Shown: in pieces, positions 1-8,372 of the stretch
Layout of the letters: each line of letters starts with the position of its first letter
How positions within the stretch are numbered: position 1 is the first letter of the stretch
From: Candidatus Omnitrophota bacterium
GTDB lineage: Bacteria > Omnitrophota > Gorgyraeia > Pluralincolimonadales > Pluralincolimonadaceae
Reading direction: 5' to 3'
Assembly (NCBI GenBank): GCA_003141835.1
Contig: PLNR01000011.1
Span: forward strand, 14,049 to 78,048
Length of the DNA: 64,000 bases
Position numbers and translations under genes: made by a program
The notes under the pieces: generated by a model
What the model saw: the letters and a program-made list of their open reading frames with translations, nothing else
Told to the model about the DNA's origin: nothing
The model's database searches: none

Positions 1-439
1 CCTCAGGTATCGTCGTCCTTCCGCACTGCTTGGCCGCGACCAGGGCTATCTTCTTCCAGCGCTCCGCCTTCAAACTTCCCTTTTTCGCGTCGGGCCGCAC
101 GACGGTCCGTTCGGTCGTGATGGGTATTATCGTCGATACGCCAAGCTCCGTTGCCTTCTCGACAATAAGGTCCATCTTGTCGGATTTCGGGAGCGCCTGG
201 ACCAATATCAGCCTGCAGCCCTCGCTCTTCCTTTCGACCGTCTTTTTAATTTCAACGGCCATCCGCTCCTTATCGACCTTCAGTACCACGCCGTGGTACT
301 CCTTGCCGGTCCCGTCAAAGACCACTATACCGTCGCCAACGGCGAGGCGCATTACATCTTTGGCGTGATGGAGCTCTTCGCCGCGTATTATTATCTTTCC
401 TCCGGCCACGCATTCCGGCGGTACGTAAAATCTGCTCAA
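1..439 (-). CDS. rsmE: 16S rRNA m3U1498 methyltransferase RsmE (3' end outside the window)
   Basis: Manual minus-strand translation from TTG at 439: LSRFYVPP..EELHHAKDVMRL..FDGTG..QALPKSDKMDLIVEKATELGV..TERTV..ERWKKIALVAAKQCGRTTIPE. Absent from the ORF track because it is truncated. Confidence 0.93.
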   Translation of the reverse strand, partial: MSRFYVPPECVAGGKIIIRGEELHHAKDVMRLAVGDGIVVFDGTGKEYHGVVLKVDKERMAVEIKKTVERKSEGCRLILVQALPKSDKMDLIVEKATELGVSTIIPITTERTVVRPDAKKGSLKAERWKKIALVAAKQCGRTTIPE

Positions 440-443
440 ATCA

Positions 444-1895
444 TTACTCTCCGAAGACCTGCGCGGTAAAGGTATACAGCTCCGTCTTCTTGTCTTTCCA
501 GGCATCTGCCGGCAACCCTGATTTTTCTGCGCACAAGCTGGTAAGAAACTGTTCCCTGGACCAACCGTTCTCCGTGGCTACCTGGGGGAGATAGACGCCG
601 CCATAAAAACCGCGTTTTACGATCACACCGTGGGTCCCCACCTTTATCTCGTTTATATCCTGGACCCGCTTCGGCTGGGAAAGGACAGATATCTCTATTT
701 TTATATCTTTGAGCTCATCCGGCCTGACAGGCTCAAACCTGGGATCTTTTGTCGAGGATTCTACCGCCATATCGCGGACCGTCATCCAGAGAGGCTGGGT
801 CCCGATGATGTTCCCGATGCAGCCGCGGAGTCTTCCATTCTCGTTTAGAGTAACGAATGCCCCTTCCTGGCCGAGAAGGCCGGGATTGGTTACTTTGAAT
901 TCCGGCACCTTGGCGTTTTTGACATAGGATTCGACTGTCTTTCTCGCTATATTCAGGAGTTCCTTCTTCTGCCCGGGATCCAGCATCGTTCCCTCCTCTT
1001 TGGATTTATAAATGACCGCACTGGCGTAACCGACGACCCTGCTCTTGTCGCCGGCCGTATCGCCGGAGTTGGCGTATTTGAGGATCTGTACCTTATCGGC
1101 GCCAAGGTCCTTTCCCGCGATGAGTGCTGTAGTTACCGGGCCCGGGCCGCAAAGTTCGCACTCGCCCGCGGCTGCCGCCTCGGCGAAACGTTCTGCGTCA
1201 AAATTGAGCAGCTCCGACACCGTGACGCGGTCTTTTGCCACAGCGTCGTCGTATTTATAATAATGCGAAAGGTCTGTGCTCGCCACTATAAGGACCTTCC
1301 TGCCTTCTCCCTTTATTACTTTAACGAGGCCCCTGGCAAGCTTGATGGACGTGGCATAATCTTGCCGGCCCATTAATAGGACGACTATCTTGAAATCCTT
1401 CAGCGACATCTGGAGGAACGGGATCTCGACCTCGGCCGAATGCTCGTCTTCATACGCCTGGGGATTTTTACACAACGTATCTTTTTCGGCCCTGGCCAGT
1501 TTACGGGTAAATTCCAGGTCTATAGGGACATCGCCGAGCGGCGTACGATAAAAGTCTTTCTCGAGGTAGGCCACGCCATCGAAGATGTGCTGGTGGCTTA
1601 TCCCTATTATGACGACTGTGTCGTATCTCCTCCCGGATATTTCCTTATAGCCGTATGCGGCGACAGGTCCCGAATAGATATAGCCGGCGTGTGGTGAGAT
1701 AATTGCGATTATCTCACCATTGACCGGATCGGGTTTGGCGGCATTAAGATAGTTCATGATCTGCCCGGATAGCAATACCGATTCGGCGGGATAGAACGAG
1801 CCTGCGACAACAGGCTTCTGGATGTCCGCGTCCTTAGGGAAGACCGGAGGGGAGAATAACAATAAGGCCACTAAGAAAAATAGTTTTTTTCGCAT
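444..1895 (-). CDS. AmmeMemoRadiSam protein B (MEMO1-like) fused to protein A (AMMECR1), with an N-terminal signal peptide
   Basis: MEMO motifs VAGSFYP, PHAGYIYSG, EHSAEVEIPFLQ, ASTDLSHY; AMMECR1 motifs GAFVTL, LRGCIG, DPRF, LPQVATE. N-terminus MRKKLFFLVALLLFSPPVFP is basic then hydrophobic. Confidence 0.92.
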   Translation of the reverse strand: MRKKLFFLVALLLFSPPVFPKDADIQKPVVAGSFYPAESVLLSGQIMNYLNAAKPDPVNGEIIAIISPHAGYIYSGPVAAYGYKEISGRRYDTVVIIGISHQHIFDGVAYLEKDFYRTPLGDVPIDLEFTRKLARAEKDTLCKNPQAYEDEHSAEVEIPFLQMSLKDFKIVVLLMGRQDYATSIKLARGLVKVIKGEGRKVLIVASTDLSHYYKYDDAVAKDRVTVSELLNFDAERFAEAAAAGECELCGPGPVTTALIAGKDLGADKVQILKYANSGDTAGDKSRVVGYASAVIYKSKEEGTMLDPGQKKELLNIARKTVESYVKNAKVPEFKVTNPGLLGQEGAFVTLNENGRLRGCIGNIIGTQPLWMTVRDMAVESSTKDPRFEPVRPDELKDIKIEISVLSQPKRVQDINEIKVGTHGVIVKRGFYGGVYLPQVATENGWSREQFLTSLCAEKSGLPADAWKDKKTELYTFTAQVFGE

Positions 1896-1906
1896 AGCCT
1901 TTCAAA

Positions 1907-1982
1907 TGGTGGAGCTGGGGGGGATCGAACCCCCGACCTCTTGAGTGCGATTCAAGCGCTCTCCCAGCTGAGCTACAGCCCC
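1907..1982 (-). tRNA. tRNA-Ala (anticodon CGC), CCA encoded
   Basis: Reverse complement GGGGCTGTAGCTCAGCTGGGAGAGCG-CTTGA-ATCGCAC-TCAAG-AGGTCGGGGGTTCGATCCCCCCCAGCTCCACCA; 76 nt cloverleaf with the G3-U70 Ala determinant. Confidence 0.96.
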
Positions 1983-2031
1983 ATGTTAAAAGCGATATTA
2001 TAACAAATTAAGGGAAGTAAGTATAGGCAAT

Positions 2032-2496
2032 CTACATCTTCTCCCTTTTTAACTCTCCGCTAGACCTTATCTCGACCGCTTCGCTTATCTTGACCTTGAA
2101 GACCACGACCTTGCTAGGGAACGCAGCTTCGAAACTCTTATGGCTCTCTCCCCGCAAGATACCTTCAACGATGCGCCTGGACGAGAGGCTCAGCTCTTTT
2201 TTCTGGAATTCCTCGACAAGCTTGCCGTACTCGTCGCCCTCGGAGAGGATCTCGACCGGACCGTTGATCTGGTAACCGGTAAGTGTATCCTTGTCAGTGA
2301 CGGCAAGCGACGCCTTTGGGTTCACCACCAGGTTCTGGAATGTCTTCCCGATGACGTAATCTATGAGGTACATATGGTTATTTTCGACCTTCAGGAAGAG
2401 TTTCGGCGCGACGTTCGGGCGCCCCTCCAAGTCACAGGTAGCCACGGCGATGAAATTATAGTCCCTTATGAGGTCATTTATCTTTTTTGCTATCAT
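2032..2496 (-). CDS. Pyridoxamine 5'-phosphate oxidase-like FMN-binding family protein
   Basis: VATCDLEGRPNVAPK, GKTFQNLVVNPKASL, GYQING pattern of PNPOx-like split barrels. Confidence 0.75.
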   Translation of the reverse strand: MIAKKINDLIRDYNFIAVATCDLEGRPNVAPKLFLKVENNHMYLIDYVIGKTFQNLVVNPKASLAVTDKDTLTGYQINGPVEILSEGDEYGKLVEEFQKKELSLSSRRIVEGILRGESHKSFEAAFPSKVVVFKVKISEAVEIRSSGELKREKM

Positions 2497-3316
2497 CGGC
2501 TTTCTTTTTTTCTGCCTCCAGCGCGCGGATGCTTGCGTCAGCGTCCTTCGCTATCTCCCTATCCTGGGAAGTATCGAGTTCAATGGCTTTTTTGTAAGCT
2601 GCGATCGCCTCGTCAATGCGCTTGAGGTCCTCGAGCGCCACCCCTTTATTTATATAAGCCTTTGCGTAATTCGGCTTCAGTTCGATGGCCTTCTCCAGGT
2701 CGGGAAGCGCCAGGTCGCACTGGCCCTTATATACGCGGGCCATGCCCCTGTTAAAATACAGGACATAGGAATTAGGGTCTGCGGCTATCGCCTTATCGAA
2801 ATCCGCTAAGGCCTTGTTGAACTGGCCCTTATATTCGAGAAGGACGCCGCGGTTCTGGTACGCTTCGGTAAAATCAGGGCTTACGTCTATGGATTCGGAG
2901 AAGTTCGATATCGCCTTATCGAGGTTGCCCTGGGACATATACGCGATCCCCCTGCTTATAAAAGCGTAGCCGTAATTCGGGTTTTCCTTGATGGCCTTGT
3001 TATACAACGCGATCGCGTCGTCCCATTTCTTCTGGGTAGCCAGCTGTTTGCCCTGAAAGACAAGTATGGCCGTCTCTTTTTTCGACTTACCGCCCAAGAC
3101 GTCGTCTATGGCGTGTATCTCCAGCTTGGCGTACGCGTAGACCGAATCGTCATCCAGCGATTTCTGGAATTCCGCCTTCGCTTCCTCGAGTTTTCCCTGG
3201 GCCGCCAACCCTATACCGTTAAAATAAGAATCGCCCGCGTTCGTGCCGGCGAGGCAAAAAGACGAGAAGAGCATTAATACGGCGGCCGATACTATCAAGT
3301 AAACCTTTTTATCCAT
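2474..3316 (-). CDS. Secreted tetratricopeptide repeat protein
   Basis: Start MDKK at 3316 after a CAGGAG Shine-Dalgarno; signal peptide; repeated TPR units (AY.NRG......G....A...F.KAI...P). Confidence 0.85.
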   Translation of the reverse strand: MDKKVYLIVSAAVLMLFSSFCLAGTNAGDSYFNGIGLAAQGKLEEAKAEFQKSLDDDSVYAYAKLEIHAIDDVLGGKSKKETAILVFQGKQLATQKKWDDAIALYNKAIKENPNYGYAFISRGIAYMSQGNLDKAISNFSESIDVSPDFTEAYQNRGVLLEYKGQFNKALADFDKAIAADPNSYVLYFNRGMARVYKGQCDLALPDLEKAIELKPNYAKAYINKGVALEDLKRIDEAIAAYKKAIELDTSQDREIAKDADASIRALEAEKKKADDSKKDK

Positions 3317-3320
3317 CTCT

Positions 3321-3638
3321 TTATCTCCTGGTCGATTCCTCAATCCAGCGCATATAATCCGCGCTCCCTTTCGTGAGCGGAAGGGCCGTTATCTCCGGGC
3401 ATTCGTATGAATGCAAGCCCTTTACGGCCTTTTCGACCCGGGGGAAAAGGCTCTCCCTGGTCTTCGCGATCAAAAGGCACTCCCTTGACTCCTCTATCCT
3501 GCCCTTCCACGTATATATAGAATTGACAGAAGGGATAATATTGACGCACGCGGCCAACTTTTTCTTTACAAGTTCCCGCGCGATGGCCCCGGCTTCCTTC
3601 TTAGAGCCGGCGGTGATCAAGACCGCGATCTTCTTCAA
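3321..3638 (-). CDS. cutA: Divalent-cation tolerance protein CutA
   Basis: LVKKKLAACVNI, SIYTWKG, KT, LHSYECPEI motifs; TTG start at 3638 preferred over the overlapping upstream ATG. Confidence 0.92.
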   Translation of the reverse strand: MKKIAVLITAGSKKEAGAIARELVKKKLAACVNIIPSVNSIYTWKGRIEESRECLLIAKTRESLFPRVEKAVKGLHSYECPEITALPLTKGSADYMRWIEESTRR

Positions 3639-3643
3639 CTCTA

Positions 3644-3841
3644 CTACCTGCGAAGGAAGATCTTGTAATCCTTGTCGCCTTCCAGGATAACGTGCCCTTC
3701 CCTGGCAAGCCAGCCAAGGCTCATAAGTATGACATCGCGGGGCTTGTCTATCCCGGAGCATAGCTGGGATAGCGTCACTTCGCCGTGTTCGTCAAGGTGG
3801 CGCCATATCTCGCCGGCCGTTATGCCTATCTCGGTGATCAT
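3644..3841 (-). CDS. Small winged helix-turn-helix protein (DUF2582-like)
   Basis: 65 aa; IGITAGEIWRHL ... MSLGWLAREG pattern; GGAGG SD upstream. Confidence 0.75.
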   Translation of the reverse strand: MITEIGITAGEIWRHLDEHGEVTLSQLCSGIDKPRDVILMSLGWLAREGHVILEGDKDYKIFLRR

Positions 3842-4095
3842 GTCTTTGCCTCCTTTTCTTGGTTCGCGATCTGTTTTTTGTTATAGCTGCCGCACCTCGG
3901 GCAGACCGAAATATCCGAATGCCTGCTGTCTATATAAAAAAATGTGCAGACAGAACAATGCCATACGTTCCTGTCAGAAACCGAACGGTTAGGCAGGCCC
4001 TTCACCCTCTCAAAAAAAGCCCAATAAACCATCAATATCCCGACGCAGGCGGATAAATATACCGCAACGGCCCACGACAGTTCGATAGTTATCAT
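3838..4095 (-). CDS. Small single-pass membrane protein with a C-terminal zinc ribbon
   Basis: N-terminal hydrophobic helix, then CSVC ... CPRCG; ATGA overlaps with both neighbours. Confidence 0.7.
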   Translation of the reverse strand: MITIELSWAVAVYLSACVGILMVYWAFFERVKGLPNRSVSDRNVWHCSVCTFFYIDSRHSDISVCPRCGSYNKKQIANQEKEAKT

Positions 4096-4868
4096 TTCAC
4101 GCCGGCCTTGTTGAGCGAAAAATCAAGTTTTACGGTCCCCCACTGCTTTTCCTTGGGGTTCCCGGACTTAAGCGGCGCGAACTGCCATTCCTTGAGATAC
4201 CTGATCGCGATTATATCCACCGTCGGATGGCCGGATGATGACAACCGCTCTACCGACTCGACCTTGCCTTCCGGGGATACCAGGAATTTCAATGCGACGG
4301 AAAAAGTATTACCCAGCCTGTCGAAGTCGACGCCCAAGCTCTCGTCCCACCGGAGTGATACGGGAAGTTCCGGCTTATACATGACCTCCCTGAACCTCGC
4401 CGGCCCTTCTATCTCGGCAGGGTAAGTCTTGTACGAGACCTTTATCTCGTCAAAAGGCTTTTCCGGCATCTGTTTGATACCTATCGCCGCATCGGCCGAG
4501 GATTTCGCTCCTATTTCTTTCAGGATATCCGGGTCGGAGACGTTCGCCAGCTTCACGGTCCCATTGTTCGCGCCGGTCTCAGGCCGCACCACAAGGTCCT
4601 GCAGCCGCGCCATGCTGTCATCCTGAACTGATACGTCGGAACCGGTTGCCGGGGAGACCGGCCCCTCTTCCAGTATAGCTCCCACAAAAGAAACCGCCGA
4701 TTCCGGCCTGGCAGGGACTCCAGGCGCTGAAACGGATATCTTCACCGAAAAAAGCCAAAATAAATGCCAGACCAACGAAATGGCAAGCGCTAATTCCAGC
4801 GCATGCCTTGTTATTATCTCGCCTGCGTCGTAGCTATGTTGACCTGCCGTATTCCCGCTTCCCTGCAT
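4092..4868 (-). CDS. TonB-like energy transducer (start uncertain, possibly near 4814)
   Basis: TM helix with S..xxxH (AISLVWH); C-terminal TonB domain (KFLVSPEGKV..SSG..VD..A..YLKEWQFAP); lies directly after exbB-exbD. Confidence 0.75.
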   Translation of the reverse strand: MQGSGNTAGQHSYDAGEIITRHALELALAISLVWHLFWLFSVKISVSAPGVPARPESAVSFVGAILEEGPVSPATGSDVSVQDDSMARLQDLVVRPETGANNGTVKLANVSDPDILKEIGAKSSADAAIGIKQMPEKPFDEIKVSYKTYPAEIEGPARFREVMYKPELPVSLRWDESLGVDFDRLGNTFSVALKFLVSPEGKVESVERLSSSGHPTVDIIAIRYLKEWQFAPLKSGNPKEKQWGTVKLDFSLNKAGVK

Positions 4869-5221
4869 ATATCCCAGACCTCCACTACGCGGTCAAGCGA
4901 AGTGCCTTTATCCGCCTTTATCAGGATCGAATCCTTTTTAGGCAGCGCTTCAATCCTTGAAACGAGTTCCTGGGGCGAGACCGCGTCGCTCCCCAGGTAT
5001 AACACCTTTTCCCTGGTGATGGTTATGACCGCGGACCTGGCCCCGAACGTTTCGGAAGTGACGGCTTTCGGCAGGTTTATCCTGATCCCGGCCTGGGTCT
5101 GCGCAGAATAGCTCCATGTGAGGAGAAAGAATACAAGGAGCAGTAATACGCAATTTGCGAGCGGCACGGCCTCTATGAACCGGCTGTCTATGACCTTTAA
5201 CCGCGGGAAATTGAACCTCAT
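4814..5221 (-). CDS. exbD: ExbD/TolR family protein (TM Asp replaced by Asn)
   Basis: PL..VLLLLVFF TM, INLPKA, ILIKADK..VVEVWD...AGI..VNIAT. Confidence 0.88.
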   Translation of the reverse strand: MRFNFPRLKVIDSRFIEAVPLANCVLLLLVFFLLTWSYSAQTQAGIRINLPKAVTSETFGARSAVITITREKVLYLGSDAVSPQELVSRIEALPKKDSILIKADKGTSLDRVVEVWDICREAGIRQVNIATTQAR

Positions 5222-5844
5222 TATTCAGCCTTCTTTTCGGAAAGGATGTTCACGAGGTCGGTCGCGCTTATCTCCATCTCGCGTATTATATAATTTACCC
5301 TGCTTACAAAATAATTATACGCTGTGACCGCCGGAATAGCAATAAGTAAACCCGCGACCATGGCTATGAGCGCCTGCCATATGCCGCCGGATATGTCGGC
5401 CGGCGTGACCGGGCTCAGGGCGGCTGATTTTACCTGTATCTTTTGGAATATCTCGGCAAGCCCGATGGCCGTCCCCAGGAAACCCAACAGCGGGCTTATC
5501 TGTGCGATCGTGGCGAGCACCCCGATGTTCTTTTCGAGCTTGGGTATCTCGTGGAGCGCCGCGTCATCTATCGCCTCCTTTACCTCCTGCCTCGTCCTAT
5601 CGTATTTCAGTATGCCGGCCCTCAGGACCCTGGGCAGCGGCCCCGGCGACTTGTCGCACATCTCTATCGCCTCATCGGCTCGGTTCCTCTTGAGCGAATA
5701 GGATATCTCCCCCATGAACTTCCTGGTATTTATCTTTATCCTCTGCACATAGATGAACCGCTCGATGACAACGGCAAAAGCGATGACCGAACACAGGAGG
5801 ATCGGCACCATCATCGGGCCGCCCCTGATTATCCACTCTATCAT
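5221..5844 (-). CDS. exbB: MotA/TolQ/ExbB proton channel family protein
   Basis: GGPMMVPILLCS..ER; LATIAQISPLLGFLGT; GIWQAL..GLLIAIPA..AYNYF. Confidence 0.9.
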   Translation of the reverse strand: MIEWIIRGGPMMVPILLCSVIAFAVVIERFIYVQRIKINTRKFMGEISYSLKRNRADEAIEMCDKSPGPLPRVLRAGILKYDRTRQEVKEAIDDAALHEIPKLEKNIGVLATIAQISPLLGFLGTAIGLAEIFQKIQVKSAALSPVTPADISGGIWQALIAMVAGLLIAIPAVTAYNYFVSRVNYIIREMEISATDLVNILSEKKAE

Positions 5845-5845
5845 C

Positions 5846-8329
5846 TTAATTTACCTCCCCCGATTTTTCTGAGACGTTATCTTTCATCCATTCCAGCCGT
5901 TCCCTGGCATATTTAGCCTCTTCCAGTTTCGTTGCGGAAAGCTCCTCATAGACCTTCTTCGCGTCCTTCCACCGGCCCTTGTTCTCGAATATGGTTGCGG
6001 CGCGCAGCCCGGCCCTGCCCGACCATCTCGTTATCTCCGGGTAAAGGTATTTGACCTTCAGGAATTCCGCCACTGCCTGGTCCGCGTCGCCGGCCTCCTC
6101 GTAGCAGTCCCCTATCAGGAACTGGGTCTCGGCGTTAAAATCGCTCTGCGCATCGGTTATCGCGAGGCGGTACTTTTCTATCGCGGCATTATATAATTTC
6201 CTTTGTTTGAATATGTCGCCTATCTTTTTGTCGGCAACCTTCTCGAACTGGGTCCCGGGATATTTTTCGATTATGCCTTTCAATTCCTTTACGGCGTCAT
6301 CCGGGTGCCCGCTCTCGGCGAGGATATCGCCCACCTTCATCGTGCTCTCCATCGCAACCTTTGAGGCGGGGTACGCCTCGATTATATGCTCTAATTGCTT
6401 TGTAGCCCCGTCTACGTCCCCGGTCTTGTAAAGTATCAGTGCGAGCCAATATTCAGCCTCGGCCGAAGAATTGCCGGGCGGGGTCTTGGCGGCCAGGGCG
6501 TCAAAATACGCCTTCGCCTTCGGGAATTGCCCCCTATTGTAATAATACTGGCCCTCCCACATCCGTACGTCGTCGCTTATCTCCGAGTTGGGATATTTTG
6601 CGAGATAATCATCAAATTGTGCCAGAGCATCCCTTTCCTTGCCCCATTGGTAATAACACCATCCTATCTCATAAAAACTGAGCCGTGAATAATCCGAGGC
6701 GGGATATTCCTTTATGATCTTATTGAACGCCGATACGGCTTCGCCGTATTTAGCCAGATTGAAAAGGCAGTTCGACTCCTGGAAGAGAACCTCAGGGATA
6801 AGAGAGCTCTTGGGATACGCCGCGGTAAATTTCTGGAAAGCGTCGTTCGCGGATTTAAAATTCCCGGCCCGGAAATACGACAGGCCGAGATGCTGCAGCG
6901 CGTCTTCCGTAAGCCTGGAATTCGGAAAATTGCCGAGGAGGCTCTGGAAAGCGAGGACAGCCCCGTCAAAATCGCCTGTCCTGAACATCGTTATCCCCAG
7001 CTGGTATTGCGCGTAATCGCAGATGATCGAATCCCTATAATCCTTTAATATCGCGTCGTAAGACTGCTTCGCCTTTTCGTAATCTTTCAGGTCGAGGGCC
7101 GTGTCGCCTATGAGCGATATGGCGCTCGCCTTCAGGTTCCTGTCCCGGGACCTCTTAACCACTTCCTCAAAATCCGCCACCGCCTTTTGCGGGTCGTTGA
7201 CCCTCAAGAGCGTCCAACCCAGGTTATAATAGAATTGCGGCAGCAGCGCCGAGGCGGGAAATTTCGCTAGCGCCTCCTCGTAAAGCTCCTTCGCCTGCGC
7301 GTATTTCTCGAGGTTATAAAGGCAGTCGCCTTTCCACAGGTAAGCATCGGCCAAGAATGAGGAATTCTGGAATTTCATGATCAATTCATCATAGTTCGCC
7401 CCGGCATTCGGATAATCTTTCATAAATGTATAGCATTGGCCGGCGCCGAATATGGCCGAATCGGAGAGCGGGCTCTCCGGGTAACCCTTGCGGAAAGCCA
7501 GGAAGGCGTCGAGCGCGGCCTTGTTATCCGCCGCCTTGAAATAGGCCCAAGCCTTCCCGTACAGCGCGAACGGGGCCCATGCGGCTTTCGGGTTTATCTC
7601 AAGCGCTTTCGCATAGTCCTTCGCCGATGCCGCGTAGTCGCGCATCGCGAAATCTATCTCCCCTAAGAGATAATACGCCTCGGGCAATTTCTTCGAGACC
7701 GGGAATTCCTTAAGGAAGCTATCGAGCTGTTTCTTCGCGTCATCGACCTTGCCGCTCATGAACACAGACTCTGCCGTCTTGTACCTTGCGTCGGCGAGCA
7801 GGCTGTCGTTAGGGAATTTCTTCGCGAAAGCGTCAAATGACTCGACCGCGGCACCGTATTGTTTCAGGTTATAATAGCACCATCCCTTCGAGTAATACGC
7901 GAACGGCAGGTATTTTGAGGCGGGAAAACCGTCTATCACCTTTTGGTATTGGTCGAGGGCCTGCTTGAAATCCTTGCTCCGGAAATAGACTTCGGCCGAC
8001 CAGTATGCGGCTTCGTCGTAAAAACGCTGGGCTGAAGCGGATGAGGAGACGAGATCGAACTCGTTTAGCGCCTGCGCGTTCATCCCGAGCATGAGATACG
8101 ACCTTCCTAGGATGAGATGAGCCTCATCCCTGTATTCGCTCTGGGGATAATTGGCGAGGAACCGCTCAGCCTGCTCCTTGGAGATGTCGTAAAACTGGTC
8201 CTCAAAGGCCTTTTGGGCAAGGATAAAATCATCCTTGGCAGGGTTGGTCTTTGAGGCATCTGCCGAAAAGGCAAAACTCGGCATAACCATAAGCAATACA
8301 AGGAAATAAAGAAAGGATTTGATTCGCAT
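5846..8329 (-). CDS. Large periplasmic TPR protein (CpoB/BamD-like paired TPR repeats)
   Basis: Signal peptide ending AFS-A; many ~37-aa units of the form A...F......YP.S.....A.Y..G. Confidence 0.85.
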   Translation of the reverse strand: MRIKSFLYFLVLLMVMPSFAFSADASKTNPAKDDFILAQKAFEDQFYDISKEQAERFLANYPQSEYRDEAHLILGRSYLMLGMNAQALNEFDLVSSSASAQRFYDEAAYWSAEVYFRSKDFKQALDQYQKVIDGFPASKYLPFAYYSKGWCYYNLKQYGAAVESFDAFAKKFPNDSLLADARYKTAESVFMSGKVDDAKKQLDSFLKEFPVSKKLPEAYYLLGEIDFAMRDYAASAKDYAKALEINPKAAWAPFALYGKAWAYFKAADNKAALDAFLAFRKGYPESPLSDSAIFGAGQCYTFMKDYPNAGANYDELIMKFQNSSFLADAYLWKGDCLYNLEKYAQAKELYEEALAKFPASALLPQFYYNLGWTLLRVNDPQKAVADFEEVVKRSRDRNLKASAISLIGDTALDLKDYEKAKQSYDAILKDYRDSIICDYAQYQLGITMFRTGDFDGAVLAFQSLLGNFPNSRLTEDALQHLGLSYFRAGNFKSANDAFQKFTAAYPKSSLIPEVLFQESNCLFNLAKYGEAVSAFNKIIKEYPASDYSRLSFYEIGWCYYQWGKERDALAQFDDYLAKYPNSEISDDVRMWEGQYYYNRGQFPKAKAYFDALAAKTPPGNSSAEAEYWLALILYKTGDVDGATKQLEHIIEAYPASKVAMESTMKVGDILAESGHPDDAVKELKGIIEKYPGTQFEKVADKKIGDIFKQRKLYNAAIEKYRLAITDAQSDFNAETQFLIGDCYEEAGDADQAVAEFLKVKYLYPEITRWSGRAGLRAATIFENKGRWKDAKKVYEELSATKLEEAKYARERLEWMKDNVSEKSGEVN

Positions 8330-8338
8330 GGTAGTATC

Positions 8339-8367
8339 AATATATCAAAAAGAAACTATTTCTTCAA
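8339..8367 (-). promoter_or_regulatory. Putative sigma70 promoter for the TPR-exbB-exbD-tonB cluster
   Basis: Minus strand TTGAAG-17 nt-TATATT with extended -10 TG; the ATG follows 9 nt later. Confidence 0.5.
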
Positions 8368-8372
8368 CCTTT

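Noticed and set aside
30-368. 112-aa plus-strand ORF
   Set aside because: Antisense to the partial rsmE, which has clear family motifs.
1907-1982. tRNA-Ala as an integration site for an island
   Set aside because: No integrase and no duplicated tRNA 3' end noticed; the flanking genes look native.
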